Below, in pieces: positions 49,806-60,099 of a stretch of DNA of 64,000 nt. The first letter of the stretch is position 1, and each line of letters starts with the position of its first letter. A program made the position numbers and the translations under genes. Under the pieces are notes generated by a model that worked only from the letters and a program-made list of their open reading frames with translations, did no database searches and was not told the DNA's origin. The DNA is from Candidatus Cloacimonadales bacterium (GTDB taxonomy: Bacteria; Cloacimonadota; Cloacimonadia; Cloacimonadales; JAFGVF01), in the NCBI GenBank assembly GCA_963677495.2, contig CAXXOU010000002.1, positions 1-64,000 of the forward strand, read 5' to 3'.

Positions 49806-50252
49806 ATGCAAGCCAATTCAGATGTATTTGATATCATGATTGATAAAGAGCAGGAAGCAGTAGCTTTCTATACTGCCATGTTAGAACAGGCAAAATTCGA
49901 AGCTTTCAAAGATACTATTAGGGAATTTATCAAAATGGAAGAGAACCATGTTAAAATTATAGAAGACTTTAAAGAACATGGTTTCAAAGACAGACAAATG
50001 AAAGACTTTAAATCTCTTGGGTTAAGTTCTGAAACTGATGAAGCAAAACCTATTGATGCTACATCTTATGAGTCAATTCTGCATCAAGCAATCCAAAGAG
50101 AAGAAGCTGCTTTTCAGTTATATACTCAATTACAAAATGATATGCAGGGAACTGAATATGAGTCCATATTTGCAACAATGGCGAAAGAGGAAAAGAGTCA
50201 TAAATATTACTTTGAAAAACTCTATGATGAGCATATTCTAAAGGACAATTAG
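49806..50252 (+). CDS. Ferritin-like/rubrerythrin-domain protein
   Basis: E..A..FY, EENH, E..A..LY and EKSH di-iron pattern. Confidence 0.85.
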   Translation: MQANSDVFDIMIDKEQEAVAFYTAMLEQAKFEAFKDTIREFIKMEENHVKIIEDFKEHGFKDRQMKDFKSLGLSSETDEAKPIDATSYESILHQAIQREEAAFQLYTQLQNDMQGTEYESIFATMAKEEKSHKYYFEKLYDEHILKDN

Positions 50253-50293
50253 TTCAAAAATTTATAAGCCTGATGTTTTGCATCAGGCTTTCT

Positions 50294-50740
50294 TTAATCT
50301 TCTAAAACACTAAACGGGTTCTGTGAATTCTCCTGCAATTGCTTAGTTGCTTTGGAAGGCCCTGATTTATCTATTCTAAATGCTCTCGGATTATCAATGA
50401 ATCCACATTTTTTATAGAATGCTTCGTTCCCTTCCGTTGATGTCAGAAAGAAATATGTCCCTTCAAATTCATCTTTTATCAGTTCCAGCATCGCTCGTGC
50501 GATACCTTTCTTCTGATATTTAGGAGATACAATTACATCAAAGATATTTGTGTAATAGTATTTATCAGATATAGCCCTAGCGAAGCCAACAAGTTTTTTA
50601 CCATCTCTAGCCGTGATATAATATGAGTTTTCAAATGCTTGGATTATATCAATGCCCGATTTATTCCAACCAACACTTTTAAAAAGTGCAATTATCTCTT
50701 CTGCATCAATCACTGAGTTAATCGAATATGTTATTGTCAT
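50294..50740 (-). CDS. GNAT N-acetyltransferase
   Basis: LVGFARA, DVIV.PKYQKKGIA and FYKKCGF. Confidence 0.88.
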   Translation of the reverse strand: MTITYSINSVIDAEEIIALFKSVGWNKSGIDIIQAFENSYYITARDGKKLVGFARAISDKYYYTNIFDVIVSPKYQKKGIARAMLELIKDEFEGTYFFLTSTEGNEAFYKKCGFIDNPRAFRIDKSGPSKATKQLQENSQNPFSVLED

Positions 50741-50850
50741 GGTTCCTCCATATTGCTTTGGAATATCTAAACAAACCTATGAAATATGTCAACAACTGTT
50801 CAGCTCTATCTGTTCATGGACTTAGTGGACAGGAGTTGACTGAGTGATTG

Positions 50851-50992
50851 ATTGCTCTCTGCTACTAGTTATTACTCTTGTATCTTATCATCATCTGAAA
50901 CTAATCCGATTCCCATCTCCCGTAACGTGTTTCTAACGGGGAGCTAACGGGAAGCTAACGGGTATCTAATTGGAATTATGGCAGAGAAATTC
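50851..50992. repeat. ~142-bp TIR element, copy E
   Basis: ctctgctac ... aattatggcagag; taacg at 50923/50934/50945/50956. Confidence 0.7.
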
Positions 50993-51140
50993 ATCGGCGT
51001 TGTACCGTTTAAACGGCGGGGTGTTTTTTTAGAATATACTCTAATTACTCAAACCACGAAATGCACAAAAACACACGAAAAGGGATTACATTATTTTAGT
51101 GCTCTTTCGAGTGTTTCGTGGTTAATAAGTCCTGAGAATT

Positions 51141-51452
51141 GCAGTACAATCGTAGTGCAAGTGTCCCCACTTGCACATAGCTCGATAGAGCTATAACCGG
51201 GAAGCCAATCGTGATCTGGAACTAGTATTGACCTGAATAATCATAGACTAAGTTCTACGTTCGAACGTATGATTTCCAAGTTCCGGTCAGTGGAAGCTGT
51301 CGACTTTGTCGGCACAGCAACTCGGGAGAGTCGCAGTACAATCGTAGTGCAAGTGTCCCCACTTGCACATAGCTCGATAGAGCTATAACCGGGAAAACAA
51401 TCGAGTTCAGAAACTAGTATTGACATGTATAATTAAAAGCTAAGTCTATGTT
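51141..51452. repeat. ~120-bp direct repeat pair containing a GTAG-REP hairpin
   Basis: gcagtacaatcGTAGtgcaagtgtccccacttgcacatagc... at 51141 and 51333; an inverted copy of the hairpin lies near 34951-34980. Confidence 0.85.
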
Positions 51453-51577
51453 TATATGGGCTTAATATGAATAGCCCCGGGTTTTGTGAACCTGGGGTCA
51501 AGTATCCCCATAAGTCATTTAGAACCCTAAGGGGACAAGATAAAGCATTTGCTATCAGTTTCACAGCTATTTAGCTC

Positions 51578-51722
51578 TCACTCTTCTGCTATAATCAATA
51601 TTCATTAGATATTTCAATCTTATCAAATTCGTGTCTAAGACCTGTTAAAGAATAACTACATTCTAATAGGGATTCAACAGGTGTCTCATTCTAGATGGAT
51701 GATAATTGTAGCAGAGCAGTGA
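51578..51722. repeat. ~145-bp TIR element, copy F
   Basis: tcactcttctgctataatc ... aattgtagcagagcagtga. Confidence 0.75.
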
Positions 51723-52166
51723 CAGTATAATGATGTTGCTCAAATAGCGTAGGGGCACAACAACTTGTGCCCGTGTAAACTGATTTTGTGACAGTTGATA
51801 GGATGTTTTCTGTATTATGTGGTGACATCAAAGGGGTGTAGCTGTCACCGTGCGACCGAATGGGAGTTGGGTGAATAGCGGAATATTACATGGTTCATCA
51901 CTATGAGTCCAACTCGTTTTTAAATATTCCAGGAAGTCCGTTTTCGGCACACTTCCGTGTACTTCAGACAAACTCCATCAGGAGCTCAGTAGTTTTCTTT
52001 TTCGTGCAAGTCCGAAGTTGTGTGAGAAGACAAACCGACACAGTCGGTTAAATCCACAATATAGTAGATTTCGTTCCCGCCAAGAACCTTCGCTTATCAG
52101 CTACAGCTTCTCAGGCATTATCGTTGCGATACAGATCTGAGATTAGTTCTCATAACTACTTAGGGA

Positions 52167-52847
52167 TTATCTAACTTTGAAATGCTTAAGCTTGTTTGTT
52201 ACTTCTTCTTGGATAAGGTTCTTTTCTAATGATTTGAAATCTTCTCTAGTCGCAATCTTATCGATGCAACCATCTTTCAGGAGTATGAAGCTATCACAGA
52301 TGTTTGAAAGAGAGGAGAGGATGTGGGAAGAGATTATTACTGTTTTGCCTGCCGCTTTCAGACGGAGAATTATTTCAGATAGAAGGATGTTACTTTGTAT
52401 ATCAACTCCATTGAAGGGTTCATCCAGAAGAAATATGTCATTTGATTGCAAAAGGATGGCTGTAAATGCAAGCTTCTTTTTCATACCTGTAGAGTAGGAT
52501 GTGGCAAATCTGTATAGAGGTAGGTTGAAGATATTACTTTGCTTAAAATTGGGCTTTGAAACTCCCTTGGCATTACAAATTAGCTGTAGATATTCTTTAC
52601 CAGTTATTAATGAAAGAAAGGTGGGATTGGTTGGAAGATACGCTATTCGCTGTAATGCTTCTTTTGAGGGAAAAGTAATAGTACCAGAATAATCCAAGAG
52701 ATTTGCCATGCATTGGAAAAAGGTGGTTTTACCGGCTCCATTAGGCCCAATAAGTCCGTAGATGTTTCCTTCTTCGAAATCGATTGTTATATTATCAAGT
52801 GCTTTTACTTTTCCAAAGTGTTTGCTGACAGCTTTTAATGAAATCAT
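52167..52847 (-). CDS. ABC transporter ATP-binding protein
   Basis: GPNGAGKTT, YSTGMKKK, LDEPFNGVD and ISSH. Confidence 0.92.
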   Translation of the reverse strand: MISLKAVSKHFGKVKALDNITIDFEEGNIYGLIGPNGAGKTTFFQCMANLLDYSGTITFPSKEALQRIAYLPTNPTFLSLITGKEYLQLICNAKGVSKPNFKQSNIFNLPLYRFATSYSTGMKKKLAFTAILLQSNDIFLLDEPFNGVDIQSNILLSEIILRLKAAGKTVIISSHILSSLSNICDSFILLKDGCIDKIATREDFKSLEKNLIQEEVTNKLKHFKVR

Positions 52848-53770
52848 AATAAAATACCCTTTAGTTGTTTCTTTGCCCGGTAGTAGAAATAGGGGAATGC
52901 GATTATTGAAAACCCGGGGAATAGAACTGTGAACAGTAATAGCATACCTTCTTTAAGGGAAGGTTCATCTGGAAAAGCTGAGTATTTACTGACTACTGCA
53001 GTTAGTACAATACTGATTCCAAGGAATAATGCCAAGCCAATTAGGTGTAGCCCATTGGAGTCGATTAGTATAGAAGTTAATGTTGGAATCAGGGCTAGCC
53101 CGAAGTATGACAGAACTGCTTCTTTCAATTTATAAAGTAAGAACTTGTTGGGAGTAAGCTTGAAAACCCAGACAAAATAGGGTTCTTCTATTTTTAAGTA
53201 ATAGAATAAGCTTAGGATTGAAAGAGCAAGAATGACGAAAATGCTTAAATAGAAGTTTGAATATCTATAGGCAGTGTAGGATAAATAGTATCCAAAGAAA
53301 ATCAGATAGAAGGAAAGTCTGAACCCTATGATAAACTCAAAAGGATGCTTATAAAAGGGAGTGGGTATAGGCTTTGCTTCAAACTTAACAGGATCAAAGT
53401 ATATTGATGCTAAGCAAACAATCAAAGCTCCGAGACTTAACAGGGCTGAGCCTGCGATAAACAGCATTATTACGAAAGGGGAGAGCAAAAGAAGGTTTTC
53501 AGTTATTCTAATTCTGTGATAGTCTTTTTTAGTATAAGTTGTTCTTAAAAAGTAAGCATGTTTGGAATTGCTCAAACTCAAGGGATTGTAGAGAGCTAAG
53601 CCGGCATAGATGTATTGAAAGTTCTTTATGGTCATAAAAAGAGCACTTGAGAGAGCAGTGAACCCTCCAATTAAAAGAATTAGTGCAAGAATCAAGGGGA
53701 TTTGTAATCTATCAATCTTCCTTAAGAACCTAAGCTTTTGAAGTTTTAGATAGAACTTAACTACATGCAT
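52844..53770 (-). CDS. ABC transporter permease-like membrane protein
   Basis: Multi-TM; overlaps the ATPase start (ATGA). Confidence 0.75.
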   Translation of the reverse strand: MHVVKFYLKLQKLRFLRKIDRLQIPLILALILLIGGFTALSSALFMTIKNFQYIYAGLALYNPLSLSNSKHAYFLRTTYTKKDYHRIRITENLLLLSPFVIMLFIAGSALLSLGALIVCLASIYFDPVKFEAKPIPTPFYKHPFEFIIGFRLSFYLIFFGYYLSYTAYRYSNFYLSIFVILALSILSLFYYLKIEEPYFVWVFKLTPNKFLLYKLKEAVLSYFGLALIPTLTSILIDSNGLHLIGLALFLGISIVLTAVVSKYSAFPDEPSLKEGMLLLFTVLFPGFSIIAFPYFYYRAKKQLKGILL

Positions 53771-53802
53771 ATAACCTTCAATATAGTTTGTAACTAATGG
53801 AA

Positions 53803-53891
53803 TGGCGGAGAGTCAGGGATTCGAACCCTGGGTACGCATAGCGCACAACGATTTTCGAGACCGCCCCGTTCAACCGCTCCGGCAACTCTCC
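53803..53891 (-). tRNA. tRNA-Ser(CGA)
   Basis: Reverse complement ggagagttgccggagcgg...ct-CGA-aa...ggttcgaatccctgactctccgcca; long variable arm. Confidence 0.95.
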
Positions 53892-54347
53892 TTATTTACG
53901 TTTAGAACTAAAGAAATTTTTCAAGATAGAGGAGCATTCCTCTTCAAGTATTCCCTTAACAATTTCAGGATGATGATTAAAACATTTATTCCTGAGAACA
54001 TCATAGATAGAACCAACAGCACCTGCTTTATCATCAGAAGCACCGAAAACAACTGTTCCCACTCTGCTCCATAAGATTACACCTGCACACATCACGCATG
54101 GTTCTAGTGTTACATATAATGTGTAATCATTCAGATAGATATTTGACTTAGCAGATAGCATTTCGTCAATGATTAACTTTTCTGCATGTGCTAAAGGGTT
54201 ATCTAATTGCTTTGTCCTATTATGATTAGAAATGATAACTTTGTTATCCTTAACAAGCACAGCCCCAACGGGAATTTCACCCTCTTCAGTGGCCAAAACA
54301 GCTTCATTTAAAGCAAAACGCATCCAATATTCGTGATTATATTTCAT
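53892..54347 (-). CDS. tadA: tRNA adenosine(34) deaminase
   Basis: EIPVGAV, HAE, LYVTLEPCVMC and KAGAVGS; adjacent to tRNA-Ser. Confidence 0.93.
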   Translation of the reverse strand: MKYNHEYWMRFALNEAVLATEEGEIPVGAVLVKDNKVIISNHNRTKQLDNPLAHAEKLIIDEMLSAKSNIYLNDYTLYVTLEPCVMCAGVILWSRVGTVVFGASDDKAGAVGSIYDVLRNKCFNHHPEIVKGILEEECSSILKNFFSSKRK

Positions 54348-54392
54348 AAAAGTAGAAAGGGGCTATACAGCCCCTTATTTAAATTTGTCTGA

Positions 54393-55715
54393 TTATGGAC
54401 GACCTATAGCGAAATAGGTAAATCCTTTATCTTTTAATTGTGTTGGTTTGTATTGGTTTCTACCATCGAAAAGAACAGGTTTTGCCAATTCAGATTTGAT
54501 TCTATCGAAATCAGGGTACCTGAATTGATGCCATTCTGTAACAAGAAGAAGTGCATCAGAGTCTTTGAGAACCTCATATTGATCTTCAATATAAGTAATA
54601 CCTTCAACACCGGCAAGACGGCGCTTTGCTTCATCCATAGCAACAGGATCATATACTCTTACTTTAGCACCAGCTTTTAGAAGACCATCAATAATAACTA
54701 ATGATGGAGCTTCACGCATATCATCAGTTTGAGGTTTGAAAGAAAGTCCCCAGATGGCAAAGGTTTTACCTGTAAGGTCATCTCCAAAATGAGCTTGAAC
54801 CTTTTTGATGAGCACTTTCTTTTGTTCATCATTTACATCTTCAACTGCTTGAAGAACGCGAGAAACAACTCCCATCTCTTTTTCCATTGCAATAAGAGCT
54901 TTCACATCTTTAGGGAAACAACTTCCTCCATATCCAACACCGGGATAGATGAATTTGTAACCAATGCGAGTATCTGAACCGATTCCATGTCTAACTTCAG
55001 CAATATCTGAACCCATCTTCTCACAAAGAGTAGCGAGTTCATTCATAAATGATATCTTCGTTGCAAGCATTGCGTTTGCAGCATATTTAGTCATCTCAGC
55101 TGAGCGAATAGACATAGTGATAACTCGGTCACTGCTTCTATTGAACGGTTCGTATAAAGCTTTCATCAATTCACCAACACGTACGTTATCAACACCAACA
55201 ACAACACGATCAGGTTTCATTGAATCTTCTATAGCTGCACCTTCTTTGAGGAATTCAGGGTTAGATACAACATCATATTCGAAATCTGTACCTCTTTCAT
55301 CTTGAATCTTAGCTATTTGAGCTTTAACTTTATCAGCTGTGCCAACAGGGACAGTAGATTTATCAACAACGACTTTATAGTCATTCATATAGTTAGCAAT
55401 ATCACTTGCAACTGCTAGTACATATTGCAAATCAGCAGAACCATCTTCATCCGGAGGAGTACCAACAGCGATGAATATGATAAGGGATTCTTCTACAGCA
55501 GACTTAATATCAGTAGTGAATTTAAGTCTACCCTCAGAAGCGTTTCTTTGCACCATCTCTTCGAGACCCGGTTCCCAGATAGGGATTTTACCATTGTTGA
55601 GCATATCAATTTTAGTTACATCGTTATCTACACAGATAACGTCGTTACCCATTTCTGCAAAACAAGTTCCTGTTACTAAACCGACATAACCGGTTCCAAC
55701 AACTGCTAATTTCAT
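54393..55715 (-). CDS. ugd: UDP-glucose 6-dehydrogenase
   Basis: [33 protein letters not shown] and FKP.TDDMRE. Confidence 0.92.
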   Translation of the reverse strand: MKLAVVGTGYVGLVTGTCFAEMGNDVICVDNDVTKIDMLNNGKIPIWEPGLEEMVQRNASEGRLKFTTDIKSAVEESLIIFIAVGTPPDEDGSADLQYVLAVASDIANYMNDYKVVVDKSTVPVGTADKVKAQIAKIQDERGTDFEYDVVSNPEFLKEGAAIEDSMKPDRVVVGVDNVRVGELMKALYEPFNRSSDRVITMSIRSAEMTKYAANAMLATKISFMNELATLCEKMGSDIAEVRHGIGSDTRIGYKFIYPGVGYGGSCFPKDVKALIAMEKEMGVVSRVLQAVEDVNDEQKKVLIKKVQAHFGDDLTGKTFAIWGLSFKPQTDDMREAPSLVIIDGLLKAGAKVRVYDPVAMDEAKRRLAGVEGITYIEDQYEVLKDSDALLLVTEWHQFRYPDFDRIKSELAKPVLFDGRNQYKPTQLKDKGFTYFAIGRP

Positions 55716-55724
55716 TTTATCTCC

Positions 55725-56747
55725 TTAGTAAGTATTATAACCTTCAGGGTTCCTTACTTGCCAATTCCAGGCATCTTTACACATATCTTCAAGAGACAAC
55801 TCAGTTTTCCAATTAAGGAGTCGATTTGCCTTTTGAGGATCTGCATAGCTTATGGGAATATCTCCCATTCTTCTCTCTTTAAACTTATATGGAATCTTCT
55901 TACCGGATACAGTCTCGAAACATTTTATTGCATCTAATACACTGTAACCGATTCCAGTTCCAAGATTAAACACATCAATGTCATGCACTTTGTCCATGTA
56001 GTCAAGTGCAGCTAAATGCCCATTAACAAGGTCAACAACGTGAATATAATCACGAATGCAAGTGCCATCAGATGTTTCATAATCGTTTCCATAAACATCT
56101 AAATTTTCACGTTTGCCTAAAGCTACGTCTGTCAAAATCGGGAAGAGATTTGTAATTGTACCTTTTGGGTCTTCACCAATCAATCCACTTGGATGAGCAC
56201 CAACCGGATTAAAGTACCTCAAAATACTTATATTCCAACTATTGTCTGACTTATGTAAATCAAAAAGAATGTCTTCAATCATTTTTTTTGATCTACCATA
56301 CGGACTATCTGCTGAAGTTGGTGTTGTTTCGATTATGGGGAACTCCTGAGCATTTGAATAAACTGTTGCTGATGAGCTAAATATAAGGTTTTTCACATTA
56401 TGGAGTGTCATTGCTTTTATAAGATTAACTGATGAGAACAGATTGTTATAGTAAGTAGTAATGGGGTCAATTACAGATTCACCAACAGATTTATTACCAG
56501 CAAAATGAATTACTGCATCTATTTTGTTCTGCTCAAAAACCTCAGCTAAAGAATTAAGATTACAAAGGTCTACGTGATAGAAAACGGGAGTTGTATCAGT
56601 AATAGCATGAATCCTATTTAATACTTCAATCTTACTATTAGTGAGATTATCAACAATAACAACATCATAACCCTTTTGAATTAGGGCAACTGCAGTGTGG
56701 GAACCAATGTATCCGGTACCGCCTGTGAGAAGAATTGTTTTAGACAT
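55725..56747 (-). CDS. galE: UDP-glucose 4-epimerase
   Basis: GGTGYIGSH, SSSATVY, YGRSK, LRYFNPVGAH and RDYIHV. Confidence 0.95.
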   Translation of the reverse strand: MSKTILLTGGTGYIGSHTAVALIQKGYDVVIVDNLTNSKIEVLNRIHAITDTTPVFYHVDLCNLNSLAEVFEQNKIDAVIHFAGNKSVGESVIDPITTYYNNLFSSVNLIKAMTLHNVKNLIFSSSATVYSNAQEFPIIETTPTSADSPYGRSKKMIEDILFDLHKSDNSWNISILRYFNPVGAHPSGLIGEDPKGTITNLFPILTDVALGKRENLDVYGNDYETSDGTCIRDYIHVVDLVNGHLAALDYMDKVHDIDVFNLGTGIGYSVLDAIKCFETVSGKKIPYKFKERRMGDIPISYADPQKANRLLNWKTELSLEDMCKDAWNWQVRNPEGYNTY

Positions 56748-57296
56748 CTATTTAACTACCCTTACCTTGCTAGGTGCGACTGTTACTTGCACCGCTTGAC
56801 TTAGCATATTCACTTTTAGAATTATCTTATCTAACTCATCATGTGAAAGTACGAGACCTGTTAACCCTTTTAGAGGACCATCCGTAATGCTTACTTCTAT
56901 CCCTTTATCTATGAACTCATGAATCGCAAATTCTGCCCCTTTACTTCTGTAAGAATAAATATTGTTCAGTTCAGAAAGCAACTCCCTTTCATTTTGAATC
57001 TTTATTACTGAAGCTATAGCACCGGAATAGAACAACGAGTTCATCTCCTCAGCACTCGCTTTGATGAAGATATATCCCGGGAACAATGGTTTTGTGAATT
57101 TCACTTTCCTATATTGATATGTTTTAATGCTGTCGAAAAGGGGGAGATAATAGCAGATATTATTCTTCAAGGCATAATCAGCAAGTTTCTTCTCAGCTCT
57201 GGATTTAGTATGAATAACTCGCCAGATGTGTGATGAATCGGATGGAGTTAGTTCTCCATTGAGTTCAACAATATCTATAGGTTTGTGTGTTGCCAT
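56748..57296 (-). CDS. NusG paralog (UpxY/RfaH/LoaP-like antiterminator)
   Basis: W.VIHTKSRAEKK, PLFPGYIF and KOW motif V.ITDGPLKGL.G. Confidence 0.88.
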   Translation of the reverse strand: MATHKPIDIVELNGELTPSDSSHIWRVIHTKSRAEKKLADYALKNNICYYLPLFDSIKTYQYRKVKFTKPLFPGYIFIKASAEEMNSLFYSGAIASVIKIQNERELLSELNNIYSYRSKGAEFAIHEFIDKGIEVSITDGPLKGLTGLVLSHDELDKIILKVNMLSQAVQVTVAPSKVRVVK

Positions 57297-57302
57297 TAAA
57301 TT

Positions 57303-57334
57303 AAAAAAAGGAGCTTAAGCTAGGCCTAAGCTCC
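57303..57334 (-). terminator. Intrinsic terminator immediately upstream of the NusG-paralog start
   Basis: Minus strand ggagctta...taagctcc followed by 7 T. Confidence 0.75.
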
Positions 57335-57342
57335 AATATTCT

Positions 57343-58650
57343 TTATAATAATGTGATATTTGGTGCAGAGATGCCTTTTGTAGCATTTCTAGTATCAAGA
57401 ATATCAACACCGGAATTAACGATTGTTTGATAATCATAACAGCTATGAGCAGTTACGATCATTATGAGGTCATAAGATTTGAGATTTAACTCATCCCATG
57501 GTTTGGTCTCATAATGCTTGTCGTTGAATTCGTTATGGAACGGAGACTCAACGTGTGGATCGTTGAGGTCGAATGTTACATTAAGATCTTCAAGCTCTTT
57601 GATAACTCTTTCAACCGGAGATTCTCTTGGATCTGCAATATCTTTTTTATAAGCTACACCCAAAACTAAAATCTTAGCTTTAGAGATACTTAAACCTTTG
57701 TTGTTGAGCATTTTGATAGAACGTTGAACAACATACTCAGGCATAGAGTTATTAATCTCACCAGCAAGCTCGATAAGTCTTGTGTGATATGTGAATTCAC
57801 GTGCTTTCCAAGTTAAATAGAAAGGATCAAGAGGAATACAATGCCCACCGATACCAGGACCAGGATAGAAAGCCATAAAGCCATAAGGTTTTGTTTTAGC
57901 TGCTTCAATCACTTCCCACATATTGATACCCATTCTCTCACAAAGAATAGTCATTTCATTTGCAAGAGCGATATTGATGTTACGGAATGTATTCTCATAA
58001 ATCTTTTCCATTTCAGCAATTTCAGGGCTTGAAACTGTATGGATAGGTGCTTCTAGAATAACCTCATAAAAAGCTTTTGAGATGGCATTACATTTCTCAG
58101 ACATACCACCAACAACCTTATCAGTATTTGCTGTGTGATAATCTGGATTTCCAGGATCAACACGTTCCGGAGAGAATGCTACAAACATATCTTCACCAAT
58201 AACGAATCCCTTCTTCTCTAAGGCAGGAACAACTATTTCACGAGTAGTGCCCGGATATGTTGTACTCTCAAGGATAATAAGAGTATTCTTTGATACAACT
58301 TCAGCTAATGAATCTGTAGACTCTCTAACATAAGAAGAATCCGGTTGCTGGTACTTATCCAATGGTGTTGGAACAGCTGTCATAATAATGTCAGCTTCAT
58401 GAAGAGGGGCATAGTCAAGTGATGCACTTAATAAGCCTTTTTCAACAAGCTCTTTAAGTTCGTTGTCATCAACGTCTCCAATGTAGTTTTCTCCCTTGTT
58501 TACAGAAGTAACCGCATGCTCACTTACATCAACGCCTAAAACTTTGAAGCCTTTTCTAGCAACAGCTACAGCCATTGGTAAGCCAACATAACCTAAGCCT
58601 ACAACTCCAATAACAGCAGTTCTGTCATGAATCTTCTTAATCATATCCAT
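57343..58650 (-). CDS. UDP-N-acetylhexosamine 6-dehydrogenase (WbpA/WecC family)
   Basis: GLGYVGLP, ESTTYPGTT, SPERVDPG, GPGIGGHCIP.DP and RESP. Confidence 0.9.
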   Translation of the reverse strand: MDMIKKIHDRTAVIGVVGLGYVGLPMAVAVARKGFKVLGVDVSEHAVTSVNKGENYIGDVDDNELKELVEKGLLSASLDYAPLHEADIIMTAVPTPLDKYQQPDSSYVRESTDSLAEVVSKNTLIILESTTYPGTTREIVVPALEKKGFVIGEDMFVAFSPERVDPGNPDYHTANTDKVVGGMSEKCNAISKAFYEVILEAPIHTVSSPEIAEMEKIYENTFRNINIALANEMTILCERMGINMWEVIEAAKTKPYGFMAFYPGPGIGGHCIPLDPFYLTWKAREFTYHTRLIELAGEINNSMPEYVVQRSIKMLNNKGLSISKAKILVLGVAYKKDIADPRESPVERVIKELEDLNVTFDLNDPHVESPFHNEFNDKHYETKPWDELNLKSYDLIMIVTAHSCYDYQTIVNSGVDILDTRNATKGISAPNITLL

Positions 58651-58679
58651 TTAAATCCTCCAATTATTATGTTTATCTA

Positions 58680-60086
58680 TCAATATCTATAATGTTCAGG
58701 CTTGTAAGGTCCTTTAACTTCAACACCTATATATTCAGCCTGTTCGGGTGACAATTTTGTTAACTTCACACCAAGCTTGTCAAGGTGTAATCTAGCAACT
58801 TCTTCATCTAGTTTTTTTGGTAACCTGTACACGATATTATCATGGTCATTTTGCCATAATTGTAACTGAGCTAATACCTGATTAGTAAATGAATTACTCA
58901 TTACAAATGATGGGTGTCCAGTTGCATTACCAAGATTCACTAAACGACCTTCGCTGAGAAGAATTATACAATGACCATCAGGGAAAACTATCTTATCAAC
59001 TTGTGGTTTGATGTTTACTTTAGTAACTCCAGGAGTTTCATAAAGCTTATCTACCTGAATTTCATTATCAAAATGACCAATATTACAAACAATTGCTTGG
59101 TCCTTCATTGCCTGCATATGCTCAACAGTAATGACGTCTTTATTTCCAGTTGCTGTAACAAATATATCTCCTGTTGCAAGGTAATCTTCAACAGGACCAA
59201 CAGTAAGTCCATCCATCGCAGCTTGTAATGCACAAATAGGGTCAATTTCAGTTACAACAACTCTAGCTCCGAAACCGTACATTGATTTAGCACATCCTTT
59301 ACCAACATCACCATAACCGCAGACAACTACTTGTTTTCCTGCAATCATGACATCGGTACCACGTTTGATGCCATCAGCAAGAGACTCTCTGCATCCATAT
59401 GTGTTATCAAATTTAGATTTTGTTACTGAATCATTAACGTTGATAGCTGGGAATGGTAACTCACCCGTTTCCATGCGTTGATAGAGCCTGTGAACACCGG
59501 TTGTTGTTTCTTCACTAACACCTTTGAGTTTTGAAGCCATATCCTGCCACTTGGTTGGATACTTCTCTAAGTCTTCGATTATTGCTTGTTGCAGTATTGC
59601 GAACTCTCTATTATCTCTAGTTATAATAGGAAGTTTACCTGAAGAAGCATACTCTTTTTCAAGCTTTGCTCCTTCAAGAATCATCAGTGTTGCATCTCCT
59701 CCATCATCAACAATAAGGTCTGGTCCATCAGAATTACCCCATGTAAGTGCTTGTTTTGTACACCACCAGTACTCTTCAAGAGTTTCACCTTTCCATGCAA
59801 AGACAGGTATATCTTGTGTAGCAATAGCAGCTGCTGCATGGTCTTGTGTGGAATAGATATTACAGCTAGCCCATCTAACCTCAGCTCCTAAAGCAACTAA
59901 AGTCTCTATAAGAACAGCTGTCTGGATTGTCATATGAAGGCTGCCGGTAATCTTAGCTCCTTTGAGAGGCTTTGACTCACCATATTTATCTTGTAAAGCC
60001 ATGAGACCAGGCATTTCAGATTCAGAGATTTTAATCTCCATCTTACCAAAGTCAGCTAAACTAATATCTTTAATCTTATAATCCAT
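58680..60086 (-). CDS. ahcY: Adenosylhomocysteinase
   Basis: [37 protein letters not shown] and GHPSFVMS; true start MDYKIK. Confidence 0.97.
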   Translation of the reverse strand: MDYKIKDISLADFGKMEIKISESEMPGLMALQDKYGESKPLKGAKITGSLHMTIQTAVLIETLVALGAEVRWASCNIYSTQDHAAAAIATQDIPVFAWKGETLEEYWWCTKQALTWGNSDGPDLIVDDGGDATLMILEGAKLEKEYASSGKLPIITRDNREFAILQQAIIEDLEKYPTKWQDMASKLKGVSEETTTGVHRLYQRMETGELPFPAINVNDSVTKSKFDNTYGCRESLADGIKRGTDVMIAGKQVVVCGYGDVGKGCAKSMYGFGARVVVTEIDPICALQAAMDGLTVGPVEDYLATGDIFVTATGNKDVITVEHMQAMKDQAIVCNIGHFDNEIQVDKLYETPGVTKVNIKPQVDKIVFPDGHCIILLSEGRLVNLGNATGHPSFVMSNSFTNQVLAQLQLWQNDHDNIVYRLPKKLDEEVARLHLDKLGVKLTKLSPEQAEYIGVEVKGPYKPEHYRY

Positions 60087-60099
60087 TTTGAATCCTTGA

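Noticed and set aside
50740..53803. Integrative island at the tRNA-Ser 3' end
   Set aside because: No integrase and no duplicated tRNA 3' end found
53802..54074. 90-aa plus-strand ORF
   Set aside because: Antisense to tRNA-Ser and tadA; a shadow ORF
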